NCBI GenBank assembly: GCA_966251045.1
Contig: CBINJP010000020.1
Coordinates: 388 to 64,387, forward strand
From: an uncultured Sphingomonas sp.
Lineage (GTDB): Bacteria > Pseudomonadota > Alphaproteobacteria > Sphingomonadales > Sphingomonadaceae
Length of the DNA: 64,000 nt
Direction of reading: 5' to 3'
Below, piece after piece: positions 51,901-60,339 of this stretch. The notes below the pieces were generated by a model, which saw only the letters and a list, made by a program, of their open reading frames with translations, was not told the origin of the DNA and did not search any database. Numbering within the stretch: the stretch's first letter is position 1; every line of letters begins with the position of its first letter. The translations under genes were made by a program, and so were the position numbers.

Positions 51901-54900
51901 TCACGCCCGCCGCGGACGATTTCACCGTCGATGTCTGCCTGTCGGGCGACTCTTCTACTATGCATCGCATCGGGCGGTTCCTGCTGACCGGCTGCAAGGG
52001 CTATCCCGAGGCGGGCGGCGCCTCCGGCTCGGTCCTCGTCCTTCCCCAGTTCGACGAGGCGGTGCTGCGCGGCCAGCGCCAGGTCGAGCTCAACCCGCGC
52101 AGCCGCGAGCGGCTGGCGATCTACAACGGTTTCGGCAGCGACTTCTCGACGCTGTTCGCGAAGACGCCCGGCATCTTTCGCGTCACCTATCCCTATCAGG
52201 CGTCCGAGATCGACCGGCTGCTGTCGAGCTTCTTCAAGTCGGTGATGGGCGCCGCCTCGCACTATAATATCCGTTTCTTCGGAACGCTGATGCCGTTCTT
52301 CTTCGAGGATAATGTCCGCGGCTATGTGCTGACGCCCGGCTTTTACGGGCCGCTCGATCCCGCGACGAACACGCGCAAGACGCAGAAGACCTTTTCCAAC
52401 GTTCGCAAGCTGCTGGTCGATATCATCGCCCTGATCACGCAATATCTGGAGCTGTGGACCGAGGCGCAGTCGCCCCAGGAGCAGCAGGCGGTGATCGACA
52501 AGCTGTTCGCGGATCAGCAGCTCCTCGACATATTGACCGAAATCGAATCCTATCTGGTCACCCAGCCCGGGATCGTCGTCCGCAATTTCTATCATCCGCT
52601 GGCCTGCCGGCTGCGCGAGCATTTCTTCGAGGGCGGCATCCCCAAATTGCTGGCGCGCGAATCCCAGCTCGAGGTCGGCGCCTTCCAGTTCGAAGACCCC
52701 ACGAAAGGCTATGCGCCCGAGCCGATCATCCTGCCGCCCTATCCCAAGGTCGAGCTCGAATTCGGCAGCGACAGCGCCTATTCGGCCTATAATTGGGAGC
52801 TGACCTTCCACGCGCCGCACCTGATCGCCAGCAAGCTGATGGAGGCGGAGCAGTTCGACGATGCCGAGACCTGGCTTCGCTACATCTTCGATCCGCTCGG
52901 CTCCTCCAACGACCCCGCTCCGGCCCGCTACTGGAACACCAAGCCCTTCGTCCTGCGGGGCGCGGCCGATTATGCCGACCAGCTCGTCACCGAGATCATG
53001 GACCGGCTGGCGAAGGACCCGACCGGCGCGGTCGAAACCGAGCTTGCCAACACGGTGCTCGACTGGCGGCGCAATCCGTTCAAGCCCTATCTGGTCGCGC
53101 GCGGGCGTACCGTCGCGTTCCAGCAGGCGATCGTCGACCTGACCGTGCGGATGTTCATCGGCCGCGGCGATCAGTATTTCCGGCGCGACCAGCTCGAGGA
53201 CCTGGTGCGGGCGTCGCTCGATTATTCGCGCGCGGAAAGACTGCTGGGGCCGCGGCCCAAACTCGTCCCGCCCGCGGTCCCGGTGCCGCCCGAAACCTAC
53301 AACCAGCTGGCGGCAAAACTCGATCTGTTCGGGAATGCGCTGCGCAAGATCGAGAACCTCCTTCCCGATCTCTCGGTGCTCCCGCATGGCGGGGCGGAGC
53401 TGCCGCCGACGCCGCTGTCGCTGGAGAGCCTCTATTTCTGCATCCCGCCAAGCGAGAAGCTGTTCGAGCTCTGGGACCTGCTCGAGGAACGCCAGACCAA
53501 TCTGCGCAACAGCCGCACCATCGACGGCGTCGAACGCTCGCTGTCGATCTTCGCGCCGCCCTTGTCGGTCGAGGAACTGATCAAGGCGGCCGCGTCCGGC
53601 CTCTCGGTCTCGGCGATCCTTGCCGGCATGAGCGCCCCCAAGCCGCCCTATCGCTTCCGCGTCATGCTGCGCCATGCCATCGAGCTCGCCGAGATCGCCG
53701 GCAGCTTCGGCAGGCAGATGGAGCAGGCGATCGCCAGCGGGGACGGGGAGGGCCTGTCCGTGCTCAAGGCGACCAACGAAGGCCGTTATCTCGAGCAGCA
53801 GGCCAATGTGCTGCGCGAGGAGGTCAAGGCCGCGGGTGGCGCCATCGCCAGCGCCAAGCGCGTGCGCAGGATGCACGCCGACACCGCGAAATTCTACAGC
53901 GAGCGGCCGTACATGAACGCGTGGGAGATCGCGGGGACGGCGACCGCCGGGGTTTCGCTCGGTCTCCAGGCGGTCCTGGCCATCGGCTATATCGCGGCGG
54001 GCGGGCTTGCGCTGATCCCCAAATTCATGGTCGGCGCGGCCGGCTTTGGCGGCTCGCCTACCGCCAATGTCTCCACCGGGGGCGACCAGATCTCGCAGGC
54101 AGCGCGCGATGCGATGGTCGGCGCGATCGGCGCCAGCGTCGGTGCGCTCGACAAGGCGGTGGGGCTGCTCGACAAGCAGGCGAGCTATCTGACGCGCCAA
54201 CAGGATTGGGGCCAGGCGGCGGCGGTCGCGCAGGCGGAAGCCGAGCGCTCGGACATCGAGATCGCGGTCGCCGGCATTCGCGAAACCATCGCCAAGGAAC
54301 AGTTGCGGCTCCACGGGATCCGGCGCCAGCAATCCGCCGCGGAACTCAGCTATCTCAAGGGCAAGTTCACCAATCGCGAGCTGTTCGACTGGCTGGCGCA
54401 GCAGACCCGCGGCCTTTCGAAACGGATGTTCAACCTGGCGTTCGAAGCCGCCAAGGCCGCCGAGCGGTGCCACAATTTCGAACTGGGCCTGACCGACAGC
54501 TTCGTCCGGGCGGGCCAGTGGAACGACACGCGCCGCGGGCTTCTCGCCGCGGAGAACCTGGTCGCGGACCTGCGGCAGATGGAGAGCGCGCATTTCAAGC
54601 GAAACGTCCGCGAGCGCGAGATCAGCAAGCAATTGTCGCTGGCCCGGCTGGATCCGACCGCCTTGCTGGAGCTTCGCACCACCGGGCGCTGCGTGATCCA
54701 GCTGCCCGAAGCAGTGTTCGACCTCGAGCATCCTGGGCACTATTTCCGGCGGATCAAGGCGCTGAGCGTGACGGTGCCGTGCGTCGCCGGCCCCTATGCG
54801 TCGGTGCCGGTAAAGGTCACCCAAACCTCGAACCGCGTCCGCGTATCGACCGCCAAGACCGTCGGCGCGATGACCGATGCCACCGCCTATGCGGAGGACC

Positions 54901-55580
54901 CGGCGGGCGATCCCCGGTTCAAATATAATGTCGGATCGATCCAGACGATCGAGACCAGCCGGAGCGAGGACGATGCGGGCCTGTTCGCGCTCGATCTCAA
55001 CGATGAACGCTATCTGCCGTTCGAGGGTAGCGGCCTTTGCGGCACCTTCATGATCGAACTACCGCCGACGCTCAGGTCATTCGATTACGGGACGATCTCC
55101 GATCTGGTGCTGCACCTTCGCTACACCGCGCGCGATGGCGGCGGCAGCTTCCGCACGATGGTCGCCAATGGCGTACGCGAGCGGCTGAATGCAATTGTCC
55201 TGGCGACGGGCCGCACGGGCCTGTTCCACGCGATCGACCTCAGGCGCGATCGGCCCGACATGTGGCACCGCCTCGTGACGGCGGGCGCCGCCGACCTGAC
55301 GCTGACGGCAGGCGAATTGCCCTATCTCACCAGCGGGCACGCCACCCCGATCTCGGCCACGCGGATCCTGGCGCGGGTCAAGGGAGCGCCGGCGACCTAT
55401 GACCTCACCATCGGAGGCACCCCCACAACCCTCAGCCCGGCGGCGGAACCCCAACTCGCGGGATATCTGTCCGCCTCGATTCCGGGCCTGGCGCTGGACA
55501 CGCCCTTGCCCATCGCCGCGCCGATCCCGAGCCTGATCGAGGAAATGGTCGTGATCGCGAACTATACGGTCAGTCCGTAA
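45963..55580 (+). CDS. TcA-like Tc toxin subunit (3205 aa) with N-terminal peptidoglycan-binding-like repeats
   Basis: ATG at 45963 is preceded by GGGGAGA (the track start at 45948 is a TTG). Has the SpvA/VRP1-type motif STDACECDQCNSIYGPAAYFADVMRFLRNR (CxCxxC at 48222-48239) and a hydrophobic Gly/Ala-rich channel-tip-like segment (53931-54053). The C-terminal DERYLPFEGSGLCGTFMIELP motif is typical of the TcA TcB-binding region. Confidence 0.85.
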   Translation: MRKIGFPLGRGQRGAGVSNLHRILGALLDRAGLLADDDDERDRSRLALEPERESGEFGEATHALVSAFQQSRGIDATGEVDEVTAAAIHAAFGDDEFEAGYPGWGQARAPLQLGSAGRDVRLAQEILSGLGLTIAFQERDGGEYGATTATAVAAWRKRRGLADDNALDRAALDQLASEGKDLPRIVRGTVTLADGSAVPGVLVVAFDRDFRTEQVLGNCLTDANGAYRIGYSAAAFTRAEKGQADLGVRVLAPDGETQLFATPDRDLVMNASDDTVIPIVVAVPEGATISEYERVDEAVAPLIGQVPVADIARERGADEGGFLAREIGVDAARMAHFVVAHRVSEMAKARADYFYALLREDGLYGILPDRPRAVQVPVGYHTDTRAVLFEAALLDADTTSSAIDRAVRGNIVPPSLRGEWEAIWRGLQHYRDEARQFVDKELPAKILDVVERLIESGRTEQLLHVLATLDPDDAAGLFDGLDAEGAFADRDRDGARTRLDLGSLLGFNTALVEDVAKRAGVSSPDDIPALARLDRKEWAKLLGGGGKKGRSAARAAETDAAAVERHAAAIEARFERKFPAVAIAARLGRQKTSALPEHKKLAAFLDAHPNFDLRRHRLVPFLNKAGVDPAAMDPAVMLGAEKLQRMYQLTGDYAKTQALIEAGYSASADIVDAGRSQFVRDARKSGMREDEADALYRVAENNNIATLAVATTFRTLSSPQALSGEAELNLAKHIEKVVADQPDLALLFGSTDACECDQCNSIYGPAAYFADVMRFLRNRLVKDAAAPNAPSTKTAKEVLFERRPDLGEIDLNCDNARIEVPHIDIVCELAEEAVFPDPGFGYSGAIADGAAPADLIDAVRTAKFEIGDDAVIYGPYAADRFILRDKGITIAVDGPGPNWKLRRLRQTHGTAEERGAAPEYVNADAYKELAKGKAAFGLPFDLFHTETSAYLAAAGIDRAALMAALATGGAPSADAIAGQTLGLAAGEQALIFAAAVGDQPKIWSVTASPASAKMAKLDLFSDRTGLDFKGIEQLLTGAYVRSGADLFVHHLDSGCNLANKQIENLDDTALDRIHRVLRLARKTGLTPRDIDRLAAGPRLGGADLGTAALRALAGLVRLSDDLKIDIPTLITWLDRIPADGERSDHARLFENPTVTGELSKGLAAAAIAKNDADEKVTPGSAPRLSTVAGDLVIAFGVRPADLDILRDRIADAGVMGPNPPLTSSALGALYGRIGLARQLGLTLPNLVILERLAEIDPLASPDALKAFADAARGVGEAGISIPDLAYLLKRDAPDLAARDLADTAIGPVLLDLRAQLLAAIAENKSVFDPGLAPAEQIVALEALLGRQPQLQAGSIAALLDIVRTAAPSAALGTAAKAVIDADVAGGGLKELVDGLAVKAKIDALVTTPGDALRLDILKLLMDGLSASATDRASREIADTVMAQMLGLSSEQAGAILRGATLTVGVTHPRLIALLTTGDIIAPAVAISAGTTPALYRALRLAFTIKTLTSPVSPSADTLAFLFANAAALDWLPLDSTPFETAVPAIPPVPLARYLELADGFALLAEYPGVVVPGQIDATIDAADVFLLAAGGGGKPALLDALATVTGWPRDLVGEADARLAFPVADYRKPATWRAIGRLVAMLKQLGVPLAKAVAFAAPSLTENERRDARTMLRARYADADWLPALKAIMDPIRERKRDALVAWLLAENPTLTKPDLYDHFLTDTEWSAKMPSSRLVHAHSTVQLFIERCIARLEPKAMADLDGDRDWKWWDWMKNYRVWEVNRKVFVDAQYYLRPEWRDDKTEPFAAMESMLLQNEINGENIEAAYEGYLDRLDEIAFLDVLATCYDFDRQDMHVFGATKGGEPRSYFHRVLQGERIWTPWTKIELDISGEHLIAFFRNKRLYLAWATFMEKGNDQQQAVFPQASGSKQSLPPSERWSEIQLAVSEYTGKKWLPRRVSEGAVATPISTVSLDKKRIFLTVTPAADDFTVDVCLSGDSSTMHRIGRFLLTGCKGYPEAGGASGSVLVLPQFDEAVLRGQRQVELNPRSRERLAIYNGFGSDFSTLFAKTPGIFRVTYPYQASEIDRLLSSFFKSVMGAASHYNIRFFGTLMPFFFEDNVRGYVLTPGFYGPLDPATNTRKTQKTFSNVRKLLVDIIALITQYLELWTEAQSPQEQQAVIDKLFADQQLLDILTEIESYLVTQPGIVVRNFYHPLACRLREHFFEGGIPKLLARESQLEVGAFQFEDPTKGYAPEPIILPPYPKVELEFGSDSAYSAYNWELTFHAPHLIASKLMEAEQFDDAETWLRYIFDPLGSSNDPAPARYWNTKPFVLRGAADYADQLVTEIMDRLAKDPTGAVETELANTVLDWRRNPFKPYLVARGRTVAFQQAIVDLTVRMFIGRGDQYFRRDQLEDLVRASLDYSRAERLLGPRPKLVPPAVPVPPETYNQLAAKLDLFGNALRKIENLLPDLSVLPHGGAELPPTPLSLESLYFCIPPSEKLFELWDLLEERQTNLRNSRTIDGVERSLSIFAPPLSVEELIKAAASGLSVSAILAGMSAPKPPYRFRVMLRHAIELAEIAGSFGRQMEQAIASGDGEGLSVLKATNEGRYLEQQANVLREEVKAAGGAIASAKRVRRMHADTAKFYSERPYMNAWEIAGTATAGVSLGLQAVLAIGYIAAGGLALIPKFMVGAAGFGGSPTANVSTGGDQISQAARDAMVGAIGASVGALDKAVGLLDKQASYLTRQQDWGQAAAVAQAEAERSDIEIAVAGIRETIAKEQLRLHGIRRQQSAAELSYLKGKFTNRELFDWLAQQTRGLSKRMFNLAFEAAKAAERCHNFELGLTDSFVRAGQWNDTRRGLLAAENLVADLRQMESAHFKRNVREREISKQLSLARLDPTALLELRTTGRCVIQLPEAVFDLEHPGHYFRRIKALSVTVPCVAGPYASVPVKVTQTSNRVRVSTAKTVGAMTDATAYAEDPAGDPRFKYNVGSIQTIETSRSEDDAGLFALDLNDERYLPFEGSGLCGTFMIELPPTLRSFDYGTISDLVLHLRYTARDGGGSFRTMVANGVRERLNAIVLATGRTGLFHAIDLRRDRPDMWHRLVTAGAADLTLTAGELPYLTSGHATPISATRILARVKGAPATYDLTIGGTPTTLSPAAEPQLAGYLSASIPGLALDTPLPIAAPIPSLIEEMVVIANYTVSP

Positions 55581-55597
55581 GCACGGGGCCATTTCGG

Positions 55598-57211
55598 TCA
55601 GCCGGGAATGTGAACGATTCCGACGCCTCCCTGCACGCGAATCTGTGTGCCGAACGGGCGCGAATAGTCGATCACCTGCTCGAGGATGCGGCGCGCCATG
55701 GCGGGGGAGGGACGGCGCGGGGTGCCGAATTGCGAGCCGGGGCGGTCGATCGGGCCGAGATCGACGGGATAGAGGCGCACCTCGACCAGCCGGCCCTTGT
55801 CGAACCGGGTTTGGGTCAGCAGCGCGACGAGGTTGGCGGGTTGCTGCAACCGGCTCCAATAGACCGCATTGGTCTCGCCCTCGCCGACGATCGGGCCGTC
55901 GAGCGGGGCCGGGGGCTGATCGCCATGATCGCTCCAGGTCCGCACCATCTGCGACTGGAAGACGAAGTTCGAGAGGCCGTAGAAGATCGGCTTGCCCTTG
56001 TAGATCTCGACGCCCTTCAGCGTGTGCATCCCGTGGGCGAAGAACAGGTCGGCGCCCTGATCGATCGCCGCATGCGCGAATTCGATCTGGAAGGCGGGCG
56101 GATAATGGTCGTTCGAATAGCGCTGAAAGGCGAAGCGGTTCTGGTGCCAGTGCGCGGTGACCGCGAGGAAATCGTTGAACTGCTTGCCGGTGCGGATCTC
56201 GCGCAGGATGTTGCGCAGCGATTGCGGCTCCATCTCGTAGTCGTATTCGCCGGGCCCGGGCATGATCTTGAAGCGTGTGCGGAACGCCTCGAGCGTGTCG
56301 CCGGTCCCCGTGTCGCCGGCAATCGCGCGGAGCTGCGCCATCTGTTCGGCGGTGACGCCGTTATAGGTAATCAGGTTGAGGTCGTTGGTCTTCGACGTCA
56401 CCTCGCCGCGTTCCTGCTCGCGCCGGCGCTGGTTGGCGGCGAAGGGATGGTCGGCGGCCTCCGCGCCGCGCAGGCGGAAGCTGGTGCCGAACACAGTGAC
56501 TTCGTCGGCGTTGTTCGCGGGGACTTCGATCGGATTGGGAGTCTCGCCGCGGCGCGCGACGATCGCGTCGCGCATCGCCCTAAGCTGCTCGAGCTGGGGC
56601 GCGGTGACATAGACCGGATCGCCGGTCGCGATGCCCGACATCCGGCTGGTGCTCTCGCTGCGCGCATAGACTCCGATCAGCCCCGCGCTGCCCCTGGGCG
56701 TAGCGAAGCTTCGCGTCAGCCGCGCCTCGGTCGCGCTGTAATCGGCGCCGGCATGGACGATGCCGACGCGGTCGAGCTCGCGGAAATTCGCCCAAAGCCC
56801 CGCCTCGCCCCCGTCCCAGGTGTGATTGTTGGCCTTGGTCACCATGTCGATGCCCATGCTGTGCCAGTCATCGGCGATGGTCGCGGGCGAGCGCTGGTGG
56901 CCGATGGGGCCGCGATAGCTGCCGAAATCGACGATGAAATTCTCGTTGTTGGCGAGCGTGAGGTCGGCGCCGCGCATCAGGCTGACGAGCGCGGCGATAT
57001 CGGGATCGCTGCTTTGCGCGAAGGGGGCGACCTGGATCATGTCGCCCACAGCGACCACCGTGAAGCTGCCCCGGACCTTGAGCGCGAGTTCGACGCGCTG
57101 GTCGCGCTGGAAAACCGGGCCCGCATAGGGGCGCGCATCCTGCGCGGAAGCGGGGATCGCGAGCAGCAGGCAGGCGGCAACGAGCTTGGGGGCGAGCGTG
57201 CGGGCGATCAT
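55598..57211 (-). CDS. CapA family (PGA_cap, metallophosphoesterase-fold) periplasmic protein
   Basis: Signal peptide (LVAACLLLAIPASA). FTVVAVGDMI...ADLTLANNEN...MVTKANNHTWDGG...GIVHAGAG fits the CapA family. Its ATGA overlaps the MFS gene stop. Confidence 0.7.
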   Translation of the reverse strand: MIARTLAPKLVAACLLLAIPASAQDARPYAGPVFQRDQRVELALKVRGSFTVVAVGDMIQVAPFAQSSDPDIAALVSLMRGADLTLANNENFIVDFGSYRGPIGHQRSPATIADDWHSMGIDMVTKANNHTWDGGEAGLWANFRELDRVGIVHAGADYSATEARLTRSFATPRGSAGLIGVYARSESTSRMSGIATGDPVYVTAPQLEQLRAMRDAIVARRGETPNPIEVPANNADEVTVFGTSFRLRGAEAADHPFAANQRRREQERGEVTSKTNDLNLITYNGVTAEQMAQLRAIAGDTGTGDTLEAFRTRFKIMPGPGEYDYEMEPQSLRNILREIRTGKQFNDFLAVTAHWHQNRFAFQRYSNDHYPPAFQIEFAHAAIDQGADLFFAHGMHTLKGVEIYKGKPIFYGLSNFVFQSQMVRTWSDHGDQPPAPLDGPIVGEGETNAVYWSRLQQPANLVALLTQTRFDKGRLVEVRLYPVDLGPIDRPGSQFGTPRRPSPAMARRILEQVIDYSRPFGTQIRVQGGVGIVHIPG

Positions 57212-58482
57212 TGCGGGTCTCCCTTGCGCGTGAGCAGCACCGCGGCGAGGCTGATCGCGGCGGCGAGGCTGAGCCAGGCGCCAGGGATCGCCTTGTCGCC
57301 GGTCTCGGCGATCAGCCAGGTGGCAAGCGCGGGGGTGAAGCCGCCGAAGATCGCGGTGGCGCAGCTATAGGCGATCGAGAAGCCGGCGGTGCGCACGCGC
57401 TTGGGCATGATCTCGGTCAGGTGGACGATCATCGCGCCATTGTAGGTGGCGTAGATCAAAGCCAGCCAGATCTCGACGATCAGCAGCCGGGTGAGCGAGG
57501 GCGCTGCGACCAGCCACGACAGCGCCGGATAACCGGTGAGAATAGCAAGCAGGGCCGCGCCGATCAGCAGCGGCCGCCGTCCGATCCTGTCCGACACCGC
57601 GCCCATTGTTGGCAGCATCACGAAGTTGGTCAGGCCGACGCACAAGGTCACCATCATCGCGCCCGCGGCGCTCAGATGCAGGACGCTGTTGCCATAGGTC
57701 GGGGTGTAGGCGGTGATCATGTAGAAGAAGACGGTGGTCATCACCGCGGTGAACATACCCGCGAGCATGATCGGGGCGTTGGCGGCCATGCTGCGATAGA
57801 GCATGCCGAAGGTCGGCGGCGGCGCGCTCTTGTCGAACTCGGGCGATTCCTCGAGCAGGTGGCGGATGACGAACAGGAAGGGGACCATCAACGAGCCGAT
57901 CAGGAAGGGGATGCGCCAGCCGTCCCCAGCCACTTCGGCGGGCGAGAGCCAGGTGTTGAGCATCATGCCCACGAACGCCGCGAAGATCACCGCGACCTGC
58001 TGGCTGGCTGATTGCCAGGCGACATAGAAGCCGCGGCGGCCGGGGGTGGCGATCTCCGAAAGATAGACCGAGACCCCGCCGACCTCGACACCCGCCGACA
58101 GGCCCTGGATGAGCCTGCTGAGCAGGATCAGCACCGGGGCGAGCAGGCCGATCTGCGCATATTCCGGCATCAGCCCGATCGCGAGCGTGCCGACGCCCAT
58201 CAGCGCGAGGGTGAGTAGCAGCCCGTTCCGCCGCCCGTTGCGGTCGATATAGGCGCCGAGCACCACCGCGCCGACCGGGCGCATCAGGAAGCCCGCGCCG
58301 AAGGTCATCAGCGCCAGCATCAGCGACGCGGCTTCGTTGCCTGTCGGGAAGAAGGTCTGGCCGATCGCCTTGGCGTAATAGCCGAAGACCATGAAATCGT
58401 ACATTTCGAGGAAGTTGCCGCTGGCGACGATGAAGACGTTCTTGACCGGCGAACGCCTGGTCAGGATTGCTGGATCTGTCAT
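57208..58482 (-). CDS. MFS transporter, metabolite:H+ symporter (MHS) type
   Basis: 424 aa with about 12 TM helices. FLEMYDFMVFGYYA and MRPVGAVVLGAYIDRNGRR motifs are typical of MHS family transporters. Confidence 0.8.
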   Translation of the reverse strand: MTDPAILTRRSPVKNVFIVASGNFLEMYDFMVFGYYAKAIGQTFFPTGNEAASLMLALMTFGAGFLMRPVGAVVLGAYIDRNGRRNGLLLTLALMGVGTLAIGLMPEYAQIGLLAPVLILLSRLIQGLSAGVEVGGVSVYLSEIATPGRRGFYVAWQSASQQVAVIFAAFVGMMLNTWLSPAEVAGDGWRIPFLIGSLMVPFLFVIRHLLEESPEFDKSAPPPTFGMLYRSMAANAPIMLAGMFTAVMTTVFFYMITAYTPTYGNSVLHLSAAGAMMVTLCVGLTNFVMLPTMGAVSDRIGRRPLLIGAALLAILTGYPALSWLVAAPSLTRLLIVEIWLALIYATYNGAMIVHLTEIMPKRVRTAGFSIAYSCATAIFGGFTPALATWLIAETGDKAIPGAWLSLAAAISLAAVLLTRKGDPQ

Positions 58483-58556
58483 GGCAATAGGGCTCCTTTC
58501 GCCGGCGCGGGGCCGGCCGCCAAAGTCTTGTTGGAGGAAGGAGGGCTGCTCGCGCG

Positions 58557-60236
58557 TCAGCGCTGGCGCAGCAGCAGCCGTCCGAAGCGTTGGGGCGCCG
58601 CCCTGCCGCGGGAAACCGCCGCGCGCCCGTTGATGAAGAGGAAATCGACGCCTTCGGCATAGGCGTGCGGCTTGTCATAGGTCGCGGTGTCGCGGATCGT
58701 GGCGGGATCGAAGATGAGGATGTCGGCGAAAGCGCCCGCGCGCAGCACGCCGCGGTCGGTGATGCCGAAGACCATCGCGGGCAACCCGGTCGCGGCACGG
58801 ATCGCCTGCGCCATGGTCAGCACCGGACGGTCGAGCACATAGCTGCGGATCTTGCGCGGGAAGGTGCCGTAGGCGCGGGGATGTTCGGAGCCCTCCCCGA
58901 ACTTGACCAGCGCGCCATCGGTGCTGGTCATCGTCCAGGGCTGGCGCATGATCGCGTCGACATCTTCGTCGCTCATGTTGAACGAGATCGTCTTGGCGCC
59001 GCCCGCGATCAGCATGTCGATCGCGGTGTCGAGAGGGTCCTGCCCGCGCGCCGCGGCGATGACGTCGAGGCGTTTGCCTTCAAGGCTGTGATCGGCGGGG
59101 TAGCTGCGGATCTGGATCGTCGCCGCGCCCCCGCGCAGCGCGAGATTGGGCGCCATCGCAGCGCGAATCTTCGCGCGTTGCGCCGGGTCCTGGAGCCGCT
59201 TCGCCAATGCCTGCGCACCGCCCTCCTGCGCCCAATCGGGCACGAGCGCCGAAGCGAGGTTCGATCCAGATGCGGTATAAGGATATTGATCCGCCCAGAT
59301 CGAAAGCCCCTCGGCGCGCGCGGCCTCGATCATCCGGATCGCCTCGGCCGATTGGCCCCAGACACTGGGCCCGAGCATCTTCATATGGGTAACCACGCCG
59401 CGAATGCCGGTCTGGCGCGACACCTCGATCAGCTCGCCGATCGCGCGGAGCACGCCAATATCGTAGGAGGATTCGTCGCGGATGTGGCTGGTGTGGACCG
59501 CGCCCGGATAGCGCGCGGCGATACGGGCGAGCGCGATCAGCTCGGGCGTCTTCGAATATTTGCCGGGGACGTAGAAGGGGCCGCTCGACAGGCCGAACGC
59601 GCCGAGGTCCATCGCCTTGGCGACCAGCCCCTCCATCCGCGCCAGTTCCTCGGGCGAAGGGTCGCGATTGGCGAGCCCCATCACCGCCTCGCGCACCGCG
59701 TTATGGCCGATCAGCGGCACCAGGTTCACGCCCGGTGTCAGCGCGCGGATCCGGGCGAATTGCGGGGCGAGATCGGCGGGGCCCTTGCCGTCGGGATTGA
59801 TCACGACGGTCGAGACGCCCTGGTAGAGGATCGGCAACGCGGCGGCGAGCTCGGGGGTCTCGATTATTCCGGGCGCGGCGTGGCTGTGGACGTCGATGAA
59901 GCCCGGCGCGACGATCTTGCCGGTGGCGTCGATCACCGTGCCGGCGCTGGCATCGGCGGGGATCGCGCCGAGCTTGACGATGCGGTCGCCGGTGATGGCG
60001 AGATCGGCGCGGCGGCCTTCGCTGCCGGTGCCGTCGTACAAAGTCCCGCCGCGGATCAGCACGTCGTAATGCGCGGACTTTCGGAGCGGGTGTGCGGCGG
60101 TGAGGGTGCAGAGCATTGCCCCGGCGACGATTATGCGTCTCGACCATGCGGGCAGTCTCGACACTCTATCCCTCCCGGCCAGACGTTTTCGTTCAGCACA
60201 GACTGGCGCGCGTCGCGCCGAAAGGTCAATCGGCAC
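58557..60236 (-). CDS. N-acyl-D-amino-acid deacylase (D-aminoacylase) family amidohydrolase
   Basis: YDVLIRGGTLYDGTG...DATGKIVAPGFIDVHSHA metal-binding HxH motif and a long D-aminoacylase-like body. The start is uncertain: an RR-containing signal-like segment (SRRIIVAGAMLCTLTAA) suggests export. Confidence 0.75.
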   Translation of the reverse strand: MPIDLSARRAPVCAERKRLAGRDRVSRLPAWSRRIIVAGAMLCTLTAAHPLRKSAHYDVLIRGGTLYDGTGSEGRRADLAITGDRIVKLGAIPADASAGTVIDATGKIVAPGFIDVHSHAAPGIIETPELAAALPILYQGVSTVVINPDGKGPADLAPQFARIRALTPGVNLVPLIGHNAVREAVMGLANRDPSPEELARMEGLVAKAMDLGAFGLSSGPFYVPGKYSKTPELIALARIAARYPGAVHTSHIRDESSYDIGVLRAIGELIEVSRQTGIRGVVTHMKMLGPSVWGQSAEAIRMIEAARAEGLSIWADQYPYTASGSNLASALVPDWAQEGGAQALAKRLQDPAQRAKIRAAMAPNLALRGGAATIQIRSYPADHSLEGKRLDVIAAARGQDPLDTAIDMLIAGGAKTISFNMSDEDVDAIMRQPWTMTSTDGALVKFGEGSEHPRAYGTFPRKIRSYVLDRPVLTMAQAIRAATGLPAMVFGITDRGVLRAGAFADILIFDPATIRDTATYDKPHAYAEGVDFLFINGRAAVSRGRAAPQRFGRLLLRQR

Positions 60237-60339
60237 GGCCTTTCAGAGGGTTTGGACACCCATAACCTCAGGGCATGGCTGCCTTGCCGAGGCCCGCGCG
60301 GGCCGATACGCTGCCGCGATCATATGCAGGTCGTACGCC

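Noticed and set aside
45828-54824. Very long antisense ORFs inside the TcA-like gene (45828-49397, 1189 aa; 49437-51119; 51156-54824, 1222 aa)
   Set aside because: All are low-complexity R/G/A/P/D-rich translations opposite a gene with clear TcA signatures. They have no start context or motifs, so they are shadow ORFs.
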